From Heptranchias perlo (taxonomy: Eukaryota), in assembly GCF_035084215.1 (NCBI RefSeq), contig NC_090334.1, positions 55,924,001 through 55,988,000 on the forward strand: a stretch of 64,000 nt of DNA. Direction: 5' to 3'. Position numbers and translations under genes: made by a program. The notes beneath the pieces are model-generated. The model worked only from the letters and a program-made list of their open reading frames with translations, ran no database searches and had not been told where the DNA came from. Positions 23,829 through 38,060 of the stretch are shown piece after piece. Each line of letters begins with the position of its first letter. The first letter of the stretch is position 1.

Positions 23829-24279
23829 GCTTATACTCTGTATCATTAGTCTAATGTTAGTTGTATTACGATAGAGTGATTGCAACTTTTGTGCAGGCTA
23901 ATGGACATTCTGTTGACAATGGTACCCAGGGGAGTTCCACTTTTGATGTGCGAGCACTGCTCAATGGCATGGCCTTACACAGGGGACTCGCTGCCAATCA
24001 ATATTGTGACAATGATGCAACAATTGATTTTATTTATTGCTTTTGAGCTTTTGTAGAACAAATTACTCAAAAATTGTAATGCTTAGACAACCAAATAAAA
24101 AAAGTTCTTAAAGAATTCCAAACACAAAATAAAGTTTAAAAATTATTTCCCCAAGAACCTTTGTTCCTGTTGAAGTCTGCTCACAAATGCTATACAGCAC
24201 CAAAGCAATGAGTGACAAAGAGGAAAACACATTTAACAGCAAGTTCCCAACTGAAGGATAGAGGTGTTCAAGGCACCAG

Positions 24280-27200
24280 TACTAAGACAGGAAGGAGCTG
24301 TACCGTTGGGACGGGCTCCACCTGAACTGAAATGGAACCAGCGTCCTAGCAGAAAGGATAAATAGGACTGTGGATAGGACTTTAAACTAGTAAGAAGTGG
24401 GGAGGGATCTGGGAATATAAAATAAGCCTGAACAAAAAAGAAATAGGAAATGACAGTAAAGGTTCGACCAAGATAAGGAATAAGGGTGACATAAACAGTC
24501 AGAGAACAGATACAGTTATAGAACATAAGTATAAAATGATGGTTAAAAATAAAGTGAGAAGAACAGTTGATATAAACAAATAAATTGCCTGTATGGCAAT
24601 GTGCACAGCATCAGGAACAAAACCGGGGAATTGGAGGTAATAATTTGTAGCGAAGAGCCAGATGTAGTAGGGATAACTGAAACATGGCTACATAAAGAAC
24701 AGGACTTGCAGTTAAATATTGCAGAATATAATGTATTTAGAAAGGATAGAGAAGGAAGAGGGGTGGGGGTAGCTGTACTAATTAGAGATAACATAATGGC
24801 AGTAGAAAAAAGGGACATAATTCATAGAATCATAGAAATTTGCAGCATAGAAGGAGGCCATTCAACCTATTGTGTCTGCTAAAGATAGAAACAGAATCCA
24901 TATGGATTGAGATAAAGGATAAGAAGGGATCGATCACGTTAACAGGTTTATTCTACAGGCTACTTAATAATGGAAGGGAAGTGGATGAAGAAATATGTAA
25001 GCAAATCTATATAATGAGTAAAAGACATCAAGTAATAATCATGGGAGATTTCAAATACCCCCAAATAAACTGGAAAGAAGAGGTAGGGAAAGGGGAAAAG
25101 GGAATGGAGTTTTTACAGTGTGTTCAGGAGTCCTTTCTTATCCAGTAAGCAAAACAAGAGTGGGATCACTGCTGGATCTAGTAATGGGAAATGAACCAGT
25201 GCAGATAAGAGAAGTAAGCATAAGGGAACACCTAGGCAATAGTGATCATAACATAATAAGGTTTAAAACAACGATTTGGAAAGACATAAGTAAAACAAAG
25301 ACCAAAGTAATAGATTGGAGAAAAGTTAATTTGAGGGAATGCGAAAGGAACTAGGGAAGGTAAACTGGAAAAAAATGTTGAGAGATAAAAAGATAGAACA
25401 GCAGTGGGAAATATTTAAAATGGTGATCAATAGATTTCAGAAGAAATATATTGCATTAGAACATAAGCACAAACTAGCCAATAATGAAACACCATGGATG
25501 AATAAAGAGGTAAGGGTAAAATTGAAACAAAAAAAAAGCATACACTAAGTATATAGACAATAAAGGAGAGGATGACAAAAGGAAATACAAAGAGGTTAGG
25601 AAAGAAGTCAAAAATATTTAGGAAGGAAAAGAGGAACTACAAAATTTAAATTATCAACGAATATAAAAAGAAATAGTAAAATATTCTACAGACACATAAA
25701 TAACAAAAGAAAAATCAGGATAGGGATAAGGCCACTAAGGGATGCACAAGATAAACTCACAAGTAATGACAGTGAAATGGCAGAAATATTGAATAGTTAC
25801 TTTGCCCTCAGTATTTACCAGGGAGACTAACAAAGTGGATAAGATATTAGAAGAAGAGATCAAAAAAAAATAAAGACATTTTGGAAAGGAGGGAAATAAT
25901 TAATAAACTAATCAAACTTAGAGAGGATAAAACCCCTGGTCCGGATGGATTGCATCCGCTCATATTAAAAGAAGTTAGGGAAGAGATAGCAGAGGCACTA
26001 TTACAAATATATAAAAATTCATTCGAAAAGGGAATAGTGCCACAGGACTGGCGGACAGCAGTGAGAAATATTTAAAATGGTGATCAATAGATTTCAGAAG
26101 AAATATATTGCATTAGAAAATAATTCCTATATTTAAAAAGGGAGATAGAATACGTCCAGGGAACTATAGACCAGTTAGCTTAACGTCGGTGGTAGGAGAG
26201 ATAATGGAATCTTTACTCAAAGGTATAATAGAAAAACGTCTAGAAACCAAAAATATAATAAAGAGCAGTCAGCACGGATTTGAAAAAGGGAAGGTCATGC
26301 TTGACCAACCTTATTGAATTCTTTGAAGAAGCAACAGAAAGGGTAGATAAGGGTAATGTTGTAGATGTAATATATTTGGATTTTCAAAAGGCCTTCAATA
26401 AGGTATGGCATCATCGACTCATGACTAAGGTCAGAGCATGTGGAGTCAGGGGACAAGTAGCAGAATGGATAGCAAGCTAGCTACAAAGCAGAAAACAGAG
26501 AGTAGGGATTAAGGGTAGCTACTCAGACTGGCAAAAGATGGGAAGTGGTGTTCCACAAGGATCGAGCTGTGACCATTGTTGTTCACAGTTTACAGTAATG
26601 ATTTGGACTCGGGAATTGGAAGTACAATTTCAAAATTTGCAGACGACATCAAATTCGGGGGTATAGTTCATACAAAGGAAGAATGTGACAAAGTACAAGA
26701 AGACATTAATGAACTTGCATAATGGGCGTGTAATTGGAAAATTAATTTCAATATAGGTAAGTGTGAGGTGGTGCATTTTGGTAGGAAGAATAAGGAGGCC
26801 ACAGATTGCTTGGATAATAAAAGTCTAAATGGGGTAGAGGAGCACAGGGATCTCGGGGTGCAGATATACAAATCATTAAAAGTAACAACACAGGTTAATA
26901 AGGCTATAAAAAGGCAAACCAAGCACTGGGGTTCAATTCTAGAGGGATAGAATTGAAAAGTAGACAAGTTATGTTAAACTTGTATAGAACCTTGGTTAGA
27001 CCACACTTGGAGTATTGTGCACAGTTCTGGTCTCCATATTCTAAAAAGGATTTAGAGGCATTAGAGAAAGTGCAAAACAGATTCACAAGGATGATATGAG
27101 AACTGAGAGGATATACTTATCAGGAAAGGCTGAACAAACCGGGACTCTTTTCTCTAGAAAAGAGAAGGCTGAGGGGTGACCTGATAGAGGTCTTTAAGAT

Positions 27201-27558
27201 AATGAAAGGGTTTGATGTAGAGAAAATGTTTCCATTTGTGGGAGAGTCCAAAACTATAGGTCATAAATCTAAGATAGTCACTAATAAATCAATAGGGAAT
27301 TCAGGAAAAACTTCTTTACCCAAAGAGCAGTAAGAATGTGGAACTCGCTACCACAAGGAGTAGTTGAGGTAAATAGTATAGATGCATTTAAGGGGAAGCT
27401 AGATAAGTACATGAGGGAGAAAGGAATAGAAGGGTATCCTGATAGGGTTAGATGAAGAAAGATGGGAGGTGGCTCATTTGAAGCATAAATGCTGGCATAC
27501 ACCAGTTGGGCCGACTGGCCTGTTTCGGTGCTGGAGACTCTATATAACTCTGTATAAT
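24280..27558 (+). mobile_element. CR1 LINE (AT-rich subfamily): ORF1 end, whole disrupted ORF2, 3' UTR
   Basis: YRWDGLHLN (esterase end); APE motifs VVGITETW, IMGDFKYP, LGNSDHN; RT motifs DKTPGPDGLHP, GRSCLTNL, YLDFQKAF. Contains a short antisense CR1 tail at ~24822-24879. Confidence 0.93.
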
Positions 27559-28575
27559 GTTGATGCTAAGCATTGGAATCCTGTTCATAGATTCCAAATA
27601 CATCATGGGATTTTCCCTTACTGTATATAAAACTTGGGACATTAATGGGCATAGCACACAGACTCGAAGTGCTACAGATTCTCCTGAGTCATGCTTCAAA
27701 ATGCCCTGTGCACTGGGTGCGGAGAAGGCCTCAGTGCCCTATAAAGTGAGAAGCCTGTGCCTGATACACAGCAGCACTACAGCCACCTAAGATTGTATTA
27801 TTGGCTCCTATAGTTGCATTTCTGTCTTCCTGTATACAGGTCAGCAACAACCATTTACCCATTTATATTTATCAAAGTATTAGCTCCTTCTCCTCAAACC
27901 TAGTGGAAATGAATCGCAAAGACTATTAACATTTTGTGCCAACCCTTACCTCCCCATCTGATTGCGTGCAGATTAAACATAAGGCTCTTTGCCAGATGTG
28001 CTGGATGATGTGATGGATCTAGATAGATTATATATCCCAAGGCATGATTCCTTAGTTTCTCCTCTCATGTGCAGAATCACAGATGTTAAGAAACAGGTGG
28101 TGAGATAATCCTCACTGTGATCTACGGGCACAAAGAAAACCAGGAGCCTTTAGTTTTACACTATAAAAAGAATTTAAATTAAGATACAATACACAACTTT
28201 TTATCCCCAGGCGGTACAGAATCAGGCTTAATACAATGTCAAATACATAACTTTTTTCTAGTAATGACCTGCAGCTAATCTTACATTTAAAGTGCTATAA
28301 GTCCGTCAAATACAGGTAAAATTGAACTTTGTAAGGAAAACCCAGGGATTCCCTTCCTGTGATACCACTGGTCTCATGGACTATTGGAATTTCCATTACA
28401 AAAGGATATCTCCTTGTGGAGATTGGATTCAACCTTTTTTCGGGCTCAATAAACATAATTCCCTTCATAGAATTAGGGAAATTATGTGTATTATTTCAGA
28501 AGTCTGGTTCATGGAAGAAATGGGTTACACAAGGGGGCCGATATTGCAGTCCTGGTGCAAGTGCTGCAAGGCATT

Positions 28576-28748
28576 GAGGGTAATTTTGACTTTGGGCGAC
28601 AGTGTAAAACAGGAGATATTGGATCAGCCGCCCGTTATACATCCCTTCCAATTTTCATTTCCATTGACACCAATAATAATGTTGTTAGACGGTGGCTGAT
28701 CCACCATTGCTTGTTTTACACTATCGTTCCAAAGTCAAAATACCCCCC
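28576..28748. mobile_element. Hairpin MITE (Harbinger-type) with ATT TSD, nested in another MITE (~28532-28890)
   Basis: About 60-bp imperfect inverted arms (GAGGGTAATTTTGACTTTGG and CCAAAGTCAAAATACCCCC); ATT at 28573-28575 and 28749-28751; relatives start at 42218 and ~43653. Confidence 0.8.
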
Positions 28749-28892
28749 ATTGTGTGTGACGAGCTGAGAAGCGCTGAGGTTGTGAGTGGAATTTCCAGCG
28801 CCAACAGCATTTAAGGAGCTGCCAGCGACACTCATGCACCTTACTGGGAGAAGGATAATGCTGACTGCAGCTGAAGGAAGAGATAGGGAGGG

Positions 28893-30158
28893 CATGAAAT
28901 CGTGTTTGACAAATTTATTAGTGTTTTTGAAGATGTAACTAGCAGGGTAGATAAAGGGGAACCAATGGATGTAGTATATTTGGATTTTGAAAAGGCATTT
29001 GATAAGGTACCACATAAAAGGTTGTTACACAACATAAGGGCTCATGGGGTTGGGGGTAATGTATTAGCACGGATACAGGATTGGTTAATGGGTGGAAAAC
29101 AGAGAGTAGGGATAAATGGGTCATTTTCAGGTTGGCAGGCTGTAACTAGTGGGGTACCACAAGGATCGGTGCTTGGGCCTCAGCTATTTACAATCTATAT
29201 TAATGACTTAGATGAAGGGACAAGTGTAATGTATCCAGGTTTGCTGACGATGCAAAGTTAGGTGGGAAAGTTAGCTGTGAGGAGGACACGAAGAGTCTGC
29301 AAAGGAATATAGTCAAGTTAAGTGAGTGGGCAAGAAGGTGGCAGATGGAGTATAATGTGGGGAAATGTGAGGTTATTCACTTTGTTAGGAAGAGTAGAAA
29401 CACAGAATATTTTTTAAATGGTGAGAAACTATTAAATGTAGGTGTTCAGAAAGACTTGGGTGTCCTCGTACAAGAAACACAAAAAGTTAGCAAGCAATTA
29501 GGAAAGCAAATGGCATTTTGGCCTTTATGGCAAGGGGTTGGTGTACAAGAGTAAGGCAGTCTTACTACAGTTGTACAGGGCTTTGGTGAGACCTCACCGG
29601 GAGTACTGCATACAGTTTTGGTCTCCTTATCTAAGGAAGGATATACTTGCCTTAGAGACGGTGCAATGAAGGTTCACTAGATTAATTCCTGGGATGAGGG
29701 TTGTCCTATGAGGAGAGATTGAGTAGAATGGGCCTATACTCTATGGAGTTTAGAAGAATGAGAGGTGATCTCATTGAAACATATCAGATTCTTTGGGGGC
29801 TTGACAGGGTAGATGCTGAGAGGTTGTTTCCCCTGGCTGGAGAGCCTAGAACTAGGGGGCATAGTCTCAGGATAAGGGGTCAGCCATTTAAGACTGAGAT
29901 GAGGAGGAATTTCTTCACTCAGAGGGTTGTGAATCTTTGGAATTCTCTACCCCAGGAACTGTGGATGCTGAGTCATTGAGTATATTCAAGGCTGAGATCG
30001 ATAGATTTTTGGACTCTAGGGGAATCAAGGGATATGGGTAATCGGGCAGGAAAGTGGAGTTGAGGTCAAAGTTCAGCCATGATCCGATTGAATAGCAAAG
30101 CAGGCTCGAGGGGCTGTGTGGCCTATTCCTGCTCCTATTTCTTACGTTCTTATGTTCT
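28893..30158 (+). mobile_element. CR1 LINE, 5'-truncated RT plus 3' UTR
   Basis: [32 protein letters not shown]; TTCTTATG-like tail. Confidence 0.93.
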
Positions 30159-30164
30159 TTGAAA

Positions 30165-30500
30165 TGTTTTAAACACTAGGATGAGAATTTTAAATTTGAG
30201 TTATTAGGGGATTGGGACCCAATGTAGTTCAGTGAGGGCTGAGAGGAACTGGGTGTGGGATAGGATACAAGCAACAGAGTTTTGAATGGACTGACGTTTA
30301 TGGAGGGTGAGGATACAAGGCTGGCCAGGAGAGCATTGGAATAGTGGAGTGTGGAGATGACAAAGACACTGACGATGGCTTCAGCAGCCGATGGGCTGAG
30401 GTAGAGGAGGAGGCAGGCGATGTTATGGAGGTGGAAATAGGCATTTATAAGAAAGGATATGGGGTTGGAAATTCAGCTCAGGTCAAATAGGACACCAAGG
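30165..30500 (-). mobile_element. L2 ORF2 fragment
   Basis: Reverse complement resembles 8260-8610 (TATTCCAATGCTCTCCTGGCC). Confidence 0.7.
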
Positions 30501-30666
30501 AGCAAAATTTCTGCAATTTCCAGGCCGTTTAGAATCTGATTTTTGAAAGTTTTTGTTGCCTGAGGGATGGATGTTTCTGCCTACACCAAGTTAGTGAGTG
30601 AAGAGATAAAAGACATTATTTTGTGTTTTAACTGGGGCACAGAAGTAATTTATTTAAAGGAGTCAC

Positions 30667-30793
30667 ATGAGAACATAAGAAATAGGAGCAGGAGTAGGCC
30701 ATACGACCACTCGAGCCTGCTCCGGCATTCAATAAGATCACAGCTGATCTTCGACCTCAACTCCACTTTCCTGCCCGATCCCCATATCTCTTG
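30667..30793 (-). mobile_element. CR1 3' tail fragment
   Basis: GAACATAAGAAATAGGAGCAGGAGTAGGCC matches other CR1 tails. Confidence 0.85.
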
Positions 30794-31119
30794 AGTTCTA
30801 TGCAACTTTGAAATTTATTTTGCTGCAAGGCTATTTGATGACCAATCTGGAAGAATTTTGTTTTGCCTGCAGGGCTTGCCATTTAGCCCTTTGCCTAGAT
30901 ACTTTGTGCAGAATTTCAGAGTTGCTTTTGTTTTGATCATGGGAGGGGTCAGAGTGTAGTTTCCTATGGAGATACCTTTTTTCACCATTTTGATGGAAAA
31001 GGAGAAACAGAAAGAATGAATGGAGAGGAAGGTACACAAGTCTATATTAGAGGAGGTTCTGACCTACCCATGGTGCACCTGCCTTCACGGTTACAAACCC
31101 TGCCGCTCGTAACAGGACA

Positions 31120-32190
31120 TTGTAAGAATTCTGGGAATTCCACCTTTTCCCTGAGGATGTAAAACTTTGGCCATTGACCAAAATCCTAAGATGGAAGGAT
31201 AGGTGAGAGGTCACCAGACGAATCAACAACACACACAGTGGAATGTGGGAGAATTACTGCTTCAGACATGTCTCTGTTTTAATGCAAAATCTACAGCGGG
31301 TGGTCGACACTCAGCACTAATTCGAGAGGCAGTCGGCCATTGAGAGAGGCAACTGCTCCAGACATGGTGGGGCCATGTCTTTGCTTTAAAGCAAAACCGA
31401 TCAACACCTAGGACGTTGGATACAAAAGAAGCCTTGTGTGGCAAGTGCTCAACAAATTGGAATGAACAATGGTCCATCGAGAGAAGCAATTGCAACATGA
31501 TGAGAGACCATCAAAAGCTATCAAAGATTCTTAAGGACTTTGTAAGAACTGTTTAAACAGGTATGGAAGTGCCTCATTTAAGTGACGAAGACCATTGTAA
31601 GAGAGGGGTATATAAGTGGAAGCTCGAAACCCCTCTCCCTCTTGTTTTTGCAGTCTTGCTTTTGCTGTCTCTTGTTCTTCCCTCTTGTTTTGCAGTCTAA
31701 CTTTTGCTCCCTCTTGTTCTGCTCTCTCTTGTTTTGCTCTCTTGCTTTTCACCCGATCTCTCCAGGGAGGAGAGCAGCTTCCAGCGAAATCAACGAACCC
31801 TACGTGAGAGAACCGGTCAGCCAGACCTGCAAGTGCAAAGGATTGGTGAGCCTCGACCATACGTGTGTGTGTGTGATAGGTATCTCCAGGGTCCCCACCA
31901 AACTCTTAGTTTAGCGGGATAAAGTACTGTAGTGTGTGTGTGTAACTCAATGTACTGTGTAGGACTGTTTGTATTGTTATTTTCTTCGTGTTGACGGTAT
32001 AATAAAACCAACATTCCAATTCAATTCAAACACCGAGGTTTGTGTGTTCTCTGTGCTATTCGGCTACGTGATCCATCACCGGGTGCATTAGCATAAGTCC
32101 CATTTTCCTGAACCCCCAATCTGTGAGGTATAAGTGTTCCTTGGCTAGACTGGGGACCAGATATCTGCACCGATCAATAAGGTGAGAACA
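31120..32190 (+). mobile_element. Probable solo LTR (boundaries uncertain)
   Basis: TGTAAG start, TATA box (GGGTATATAAG, ~31606-31616), short pyrimidine-rich repeats, AATAAA at 32001-32006, CA end. No TSD found. Confidence 0.45.
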
Positions 32191-32499
32191 ACCCCAAAAC
32201 ACCCAAACATGAAAAGTTGTGTTTGCCCCAAGTTCATTTCACCAAACATTCACTGGGTGAAATTTCCACCTTTTGGAGCTCCATCTTCAATCACGATCCT
32301 CTACGTGCAAGGTTTTGCCAGTGGTTATCAAAGTCACAGAGCTTTGAATTTGTTTTACCACTCGATGTTTCCAGGGTGCCACTGGAGACCTATGCAATGT
32401 TAGTTTGGGTGTGATACTGGATCTGGCATGTCACATATTTTCTCTTTGAGAAAGCACCACAGTTTATCAATTTTGGGAAGACAGCAGTAGCAGCAGAGG

Positions 32500-33055
32500 G
32501 CAGTTGGGTTCCTTGTTGCAGAAAAGACTCCGCTGTCCATTCAGTCAGTCCCAAACACGAATACCTCTCAATCACCCACTTCCTCAAATATCTATCAAAT
32601 TTTCCCTTAGATGTTTTCTCCACTATCAGTCTCAATGCCTCCCTGGACGGTCCATTCCACATGTTCATCACCCTTTACATAAAGTAGTTAAATCAAAACT
32701 GTGAACTTTCTCTCTTTTAAGCTTGAGCCCATGTCCCTGGATCTACAGTTTGTGGTAATCTCAAACACATTAGCAGGGTTAAATAATATCTATTCCTTTA
32801 AGAATCTTGAATATTTGAATAATATTTCCCCTGAGCATTCTCTTCTCCAGAGTAAACTATCCCAGATCCTTCGACCTCCCCTTGTTGCTCAGAAGTCTTA
32901 AGGTAGGTATCAGTTAGTTCATCCTTTTCTGCACTGCCTTTAATGCCTGGATAATCTTGATATAGTACATTGTAATTGCCATTGTATACAATACGCGAGA
33001 TGTGTCCATACCAGGCCTTGTAAAGACCCATTATCACCTCCTGGATTTGCAATCA
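32500..33055 (-). mobile_element. Old CR1 3' fragment
   Basis: IQEVIMGLYKA and FDRYL remnants on the minus strand. Confidence 0.6.
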
Positions 33056-35384
33056 CTGGTTGAAATAACTAGGAAGTTAGGAATGTTTTTGTTCATTGTG
33101 TAAGCATGGAAAAAGCTTTGGTTGCTGTGTGTAACAAAATCAAAGTACAGTTAAAAATCAAATAATCACACAACCTCTTGTGTTAAAGCACAACAAAGGA
33201 GGGAAATTGCTTTGCTTCACAGTATGTCATAAATATCTTTTTCAAGATGTGAATACTTAATTCCTTTATTCTCATCAAGCTACTTGTTTTCCTCCACATG
33301 CACAATTATTTGATATTGTTTGAGGGAATCATTACCTTGTCCTATGTTATTTAGAAATTACATCATTATCAGCAAAAAATACACTTCTATAAGCTTTGAA
33401 AATAAAGCATTTCAAAAGAAAATCCTTTGAGATCAGGTTGTTGCCAACAAATTCTGTGATGGGTACTAGTGCTGTTTGGCACTTTATCTGTTTATTGTTT
33501 ACGAGTCAGCAGCCTTGTCCAATTCGCTCACCACAACTGTAACTAATTGGATCATTTGCAGTAGCGTTTCAAATAGTACATGTCATGAGATATCTTAAGG
33601 TAATTGCTTGGACTGAACTTCAGATCTATTGTCATGATCGACAGTAGGCTTCCTAACATCCATCAGCTCGGTCAATGCTTCACTATGTCACAGCCCTTCT
33701 TTCATTTCAACAATGGACAATGTCCCAACTGCTGTCTACATCAACCACATACCTCAAAACACTGCAAAGATTTTAGGATCCAATTACCGTTTGTTATAGC
33801 ATTAGACAATTGTATTGCAATACATCCATTACCTAATTAACAACAAATGCAAATTATTTAGCACACAACAGAAATACAATTAATGGGCATTTATCTCAAG
33901 ATTGCTAGTGATGAGTCCACCTTCAAAATGACATTATTGCATCCTTGCTCAATTGAAACTAGCATAACTTGCTCAATGTTTCCTTTTGCTGGCATGTGGA
34001 CCCATTACTAGAGGTCCAATTATTTTAAATGTTTGGTCCCAATGTGCTTTATTTATTTTAATAATTTGAATTATTCCTAAGCTGATATACTTCATTCTGT
34101 TAAATGGGCTAAATGTTGTCGTATTTGGTTCATTTTCACCACATTTCTTTAGCCATTAACAAACAAAACTAATTCATTTTAATGACTCTAAACCCTTCCA
34201 AGGCAGTTATGTAAAATGGTACCTTTCTCTAAAATATGCTTCCAAAGACAGAAATTCCACCTGCTGGGGATAGAATCGTGGAAAAGTTGTGGTCGGGATT
34301 TGCAATTGATGCAAAAGCTCGATTTAGTTTCTGCCCCATTTAAACTGCAGAGGAAATCCCAATCGGAGGAGATGGTGCACTTCTTCTGCCACCCTTTTAT
34401 TTCTCTAGCCATCACTTTAGGGGCACTTCTGGGGCCATTCCCAGGATACCCCTAGAATTGTGCCAGAAGCACCATCAGGCCCAGAGAGACCCATGTCCGC
34501 TGAGAATAGGTGTAGGTCCTGTTCTGAGCACAGGAAAGGCCCCAACAATGCACAAGACTCCCTCAGGGGAAATAATAAAAAATATTAACAGTTTCTTTAG
34601 CTCTTCTGGTTCACCTTCTTGGAGCAACTCCCATTATTTAAATGATCCTGTCACCAGGATTTGGAATGGGTCAACAGAAGGTGAAAGTGGCTGGCAGAAA
34701 TTCCACCCTGCAACTTCTGTACTACGGCATTGCTCCCCTCAAATGTTCTAACAATTGATGTAAATAGTTTCTTCCCTAAAGCTTTACTGCATGAATTAAG
34801 GTGTCAGTTATGGCAATAGCGATGTAGATCACTGTGCTGTGTCAGACTGTATGATACTGAGGACAGCTCAATGGTGATAGTAAGCTACATCAGTTCTTTC
34901 ATAAGTATAAAATTGGAAAGGAGGAGTGAATGAGTTATTACTGTGGCCTTCTGCATGAGTAGCTGAAACTCGCTGTTACTGGTGAGATGTTCTCTTTAGC
35001 AGGTGCCTCCTGTAATACATGGTGGAGAACTGAACACTACCACTGCCATTATTGCACATGCTGCAAAACCAGATCTTACCTAGTGAATTAACAGAAAGAA
35101 AGTGGCTTTGAACTCACAAATAAGGAGTCAACTTGATGTACATCAATAAATAAGGTGAACAAAGCTATTATGGAGAGTGGAGCATGCATTTCTGAGCATT
35201 AGTGGTTAAGTGCAGCAAAACAGGGAAAACTATTAGTAACTTTTTAAAAAGTGAATATTTGCTGAACTATTTTTCATGGAGCAGAGTAACACTATCATGG
35301 GTGACATAACTTTTCTAATCAATTTTTACATATATGTAATAATGCCTCTGTTATCTCTTCTCTAACTTCTTTTAATGTGTGCAG

Positions 35385-38060
35385 GTGCAATCCATCTGGA
35401 CCAAAAGTTTTATCCTCTCCAAGTTTGATTGATTTATCAATTATCTCCCCCCTTTCCATCTTATCTTTTTTGATCTCTTCTAGAGATCTCTAACAGAGGC
35501 ATTATTACATCTTCTGCTAAAGTCATGCTCATCAAGTTAGTCTCTCTGCTAAATACTGAGGCAAAGTAATTATTTAATATTCCTGCCATTTTGCTGTCAT
35601 TACCTATGAGTTTATTCTGCATATCCCTTAGTGGCCCTATCCCTATCCTGACTTTTCTTTCATTGTTTATGTACCTGTAGAATGCTTTACTATTTCTTTT
35701 TATATTCCTTGATAATTTAATTTCATAGTTTCTCTTTGCCTTCCTAATTGTTTTTCAACTTTTTTCCTAACCTTTTCATATTCCCTTTTGTCATCCTCTC
35801 CTTTGTTGTCTATGTACTTAGTGTATGCCTTTTTCTTTAGTTTCAATTTTGTCCTTATTTCTTTATTAATTCATGGTGTATCATTACTGGCTAGTTTGTT
35901 CTTGCTTTTTAGTGGGATATATTTCTTCTGGACTCTATTGATCACCATTTTAAATGTTTCCCACTGCTGTTCTATTTCTTTGTTTATCAGTAATTTTTTT
36001 CAGTTTATATTCCCTAGTTCCATTCTCATCCTATAAAATTATACTTTTTTCCAATGTATTACTTTGGTCTTTGCCTTACTTATGTCCTTCTCAATTTATG
36101 TCTTAAACCTTATTATGTTGTGATCGCTATTGCCTTGATGTTTCCCACACTTACTTCTCTTATCTATTCTGGTTCATTTCCCATTACTAGATCCAGCAGT
36201 GCTTCCTCTCTTGTTGGTTTTTTTTATATACTGGGTAAGAAAGGAATCCTGCACACACTGTAAAATCTCCATTCCCTGTACCCCTTTACCTATCTCTTCT
36301 TGTCAGTTTATTTGGGGATATTTAAAATCTCCCATGAATATTATTCCGTGTCCTTTATTCATTTCAGATATTTGCTTAAATATTTTGTCCTCCACCTCCT
36401 TTCCACTATTAGGTGGTCGTAGTATACCCCTATTAACGTGATCAATTCCTTCTTTGCTTTTATTTCAATCCATATGGATTCTGTTTCTATCCTTCTGTTA
36501 GTTATGTCCCTTCTTTCTACTGCCATTATGTTATCTCTAATTAGTACAGCTACTCCACCCGCCTTCTTATTTCCCTATCCTTTCTGATAATGTTATAACT
36601 TACAATATTTGGTTGCCAGTCCTGTTCTCCATGTACGCATGTTTCAGTTATTCCTACTACATCTGGTTCCTCGCTACGATTATTGCCTCCAGTTCCCCCA
36701 TTTTATTTTGGACACTGTGTACATTGCTGTACAGGCAGTTTAATTCATCTTTAATAGTTGTTCCTTTTACTTTATTTTAAACAGTCCTTTTATACTTCTG
36801 TTTGATAACTGTACTTGTTCCTTGACCATTTATGTTATCTTTATTCCTTACCCTGGTCTGACCTATATACTGATCTTCTGTTTTTTTTATCTTTAACTTT
36901 TTGCTATTGCTACCAGATCCCTCCCCCCATCTTGCTAGTATAAAGCCTTATGCACCGCCCTATTTATCCTTTCCGCTCGGACTCTGGTCCCATTCCGGCT
37001 CAGGTGGAGCCCGTCCCGGTGGTACAGCTCCTCCCTGTCCTAGTACTGGTGCTAGTGTCCCATGAAATGGAACCCCACCTTCCCACACCACTCTTTTAGA
37101 CATGCATTCACCTTTCTGATCTGCCTATCCCTATACCAATTAGCATGTGGCTCTGGTAGTGAACATGAGATTACCACCCGTGAGCTCCTGCTTTTTAATT
37201 TAGTTCCTAGCTTCTGATATTCCCTTAGCAGGACCTCCTCCTTGTTCTTCATTACATCATTGGTGCCGACATGGACCACGACAACTGGATCCTTCCCCTC
37301 CCTTTACAAGTTCCTCACCAGTTGCTCCGAGATGTCCTTTGCCTTTGCACCAGCTAGACAACACATCCTCCTGGACTCTCGATCGCGACTGCAGAGGACG
37401 CTATCTATCCCCGATTATAGAATCCCCTATGACACAACCTTTCCATTCTGATCCTTCCCCTTTGGACTGCCTTTTGCTCCACGGTGCCATGGTTAGCATT
37501 CTGGGCATCCTCCTTGCAGCCTTCATCCTTCAACAGGTATCAAGCATCTCATACCTGTTGGATAGGACCAGTGTCTGTGGGACCTCCTTCTCTACCTCCA
37601 CCTCCCTTATATATGTCAGAGTGTCTCTAACTCGCACTCCAGGTCAAAGACTCTGAGCCGGAATGTCTGAGGCCAGAGACATTTACTACAGATATGGCAA
37701 TCTGTGACAATCTCGCTGTCCACAAACTCCCACATATTACAGTCCCGACACACAGCCTATACTGCCATTTCTAGTTTTAATTTATTTAATCAGTAATTTA
37801 TTTCTAGGACTAATAGAATCACTTGAGATCTAGATTATATTTAGTAAGTAGATTTAGCTTGATTTCAAAATAATTAGTAACTAAGTCTTTTAAAAATTTT
37901 TAAGTATTTTTTTTAAGTTTTAAAAGCTTTAAAAGTTGCTAGATTAATTTATAGCCTCCTGTTTTAATTCGCTTAGCACCTCCTTCCCCCTCTGCACCTA
38001 CTCACACTCACCAAATTCCCAGTCGAAAGTCCTCACTCTGTTAGCAATTCACTCCGTTAG
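35385..38060 (-). mobile_element. CR1 LINE 5' half (5' UTR, ORF1, APE), with RT and 3' end missing
   Basis: ORF1 start ~37768 with C-x2-C...C-x2-C motif; VHVGTND esterase block; APE region; breaks at DKTFGPDGLH; same subfamily as 24280-27558. Confidence 0.88.
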
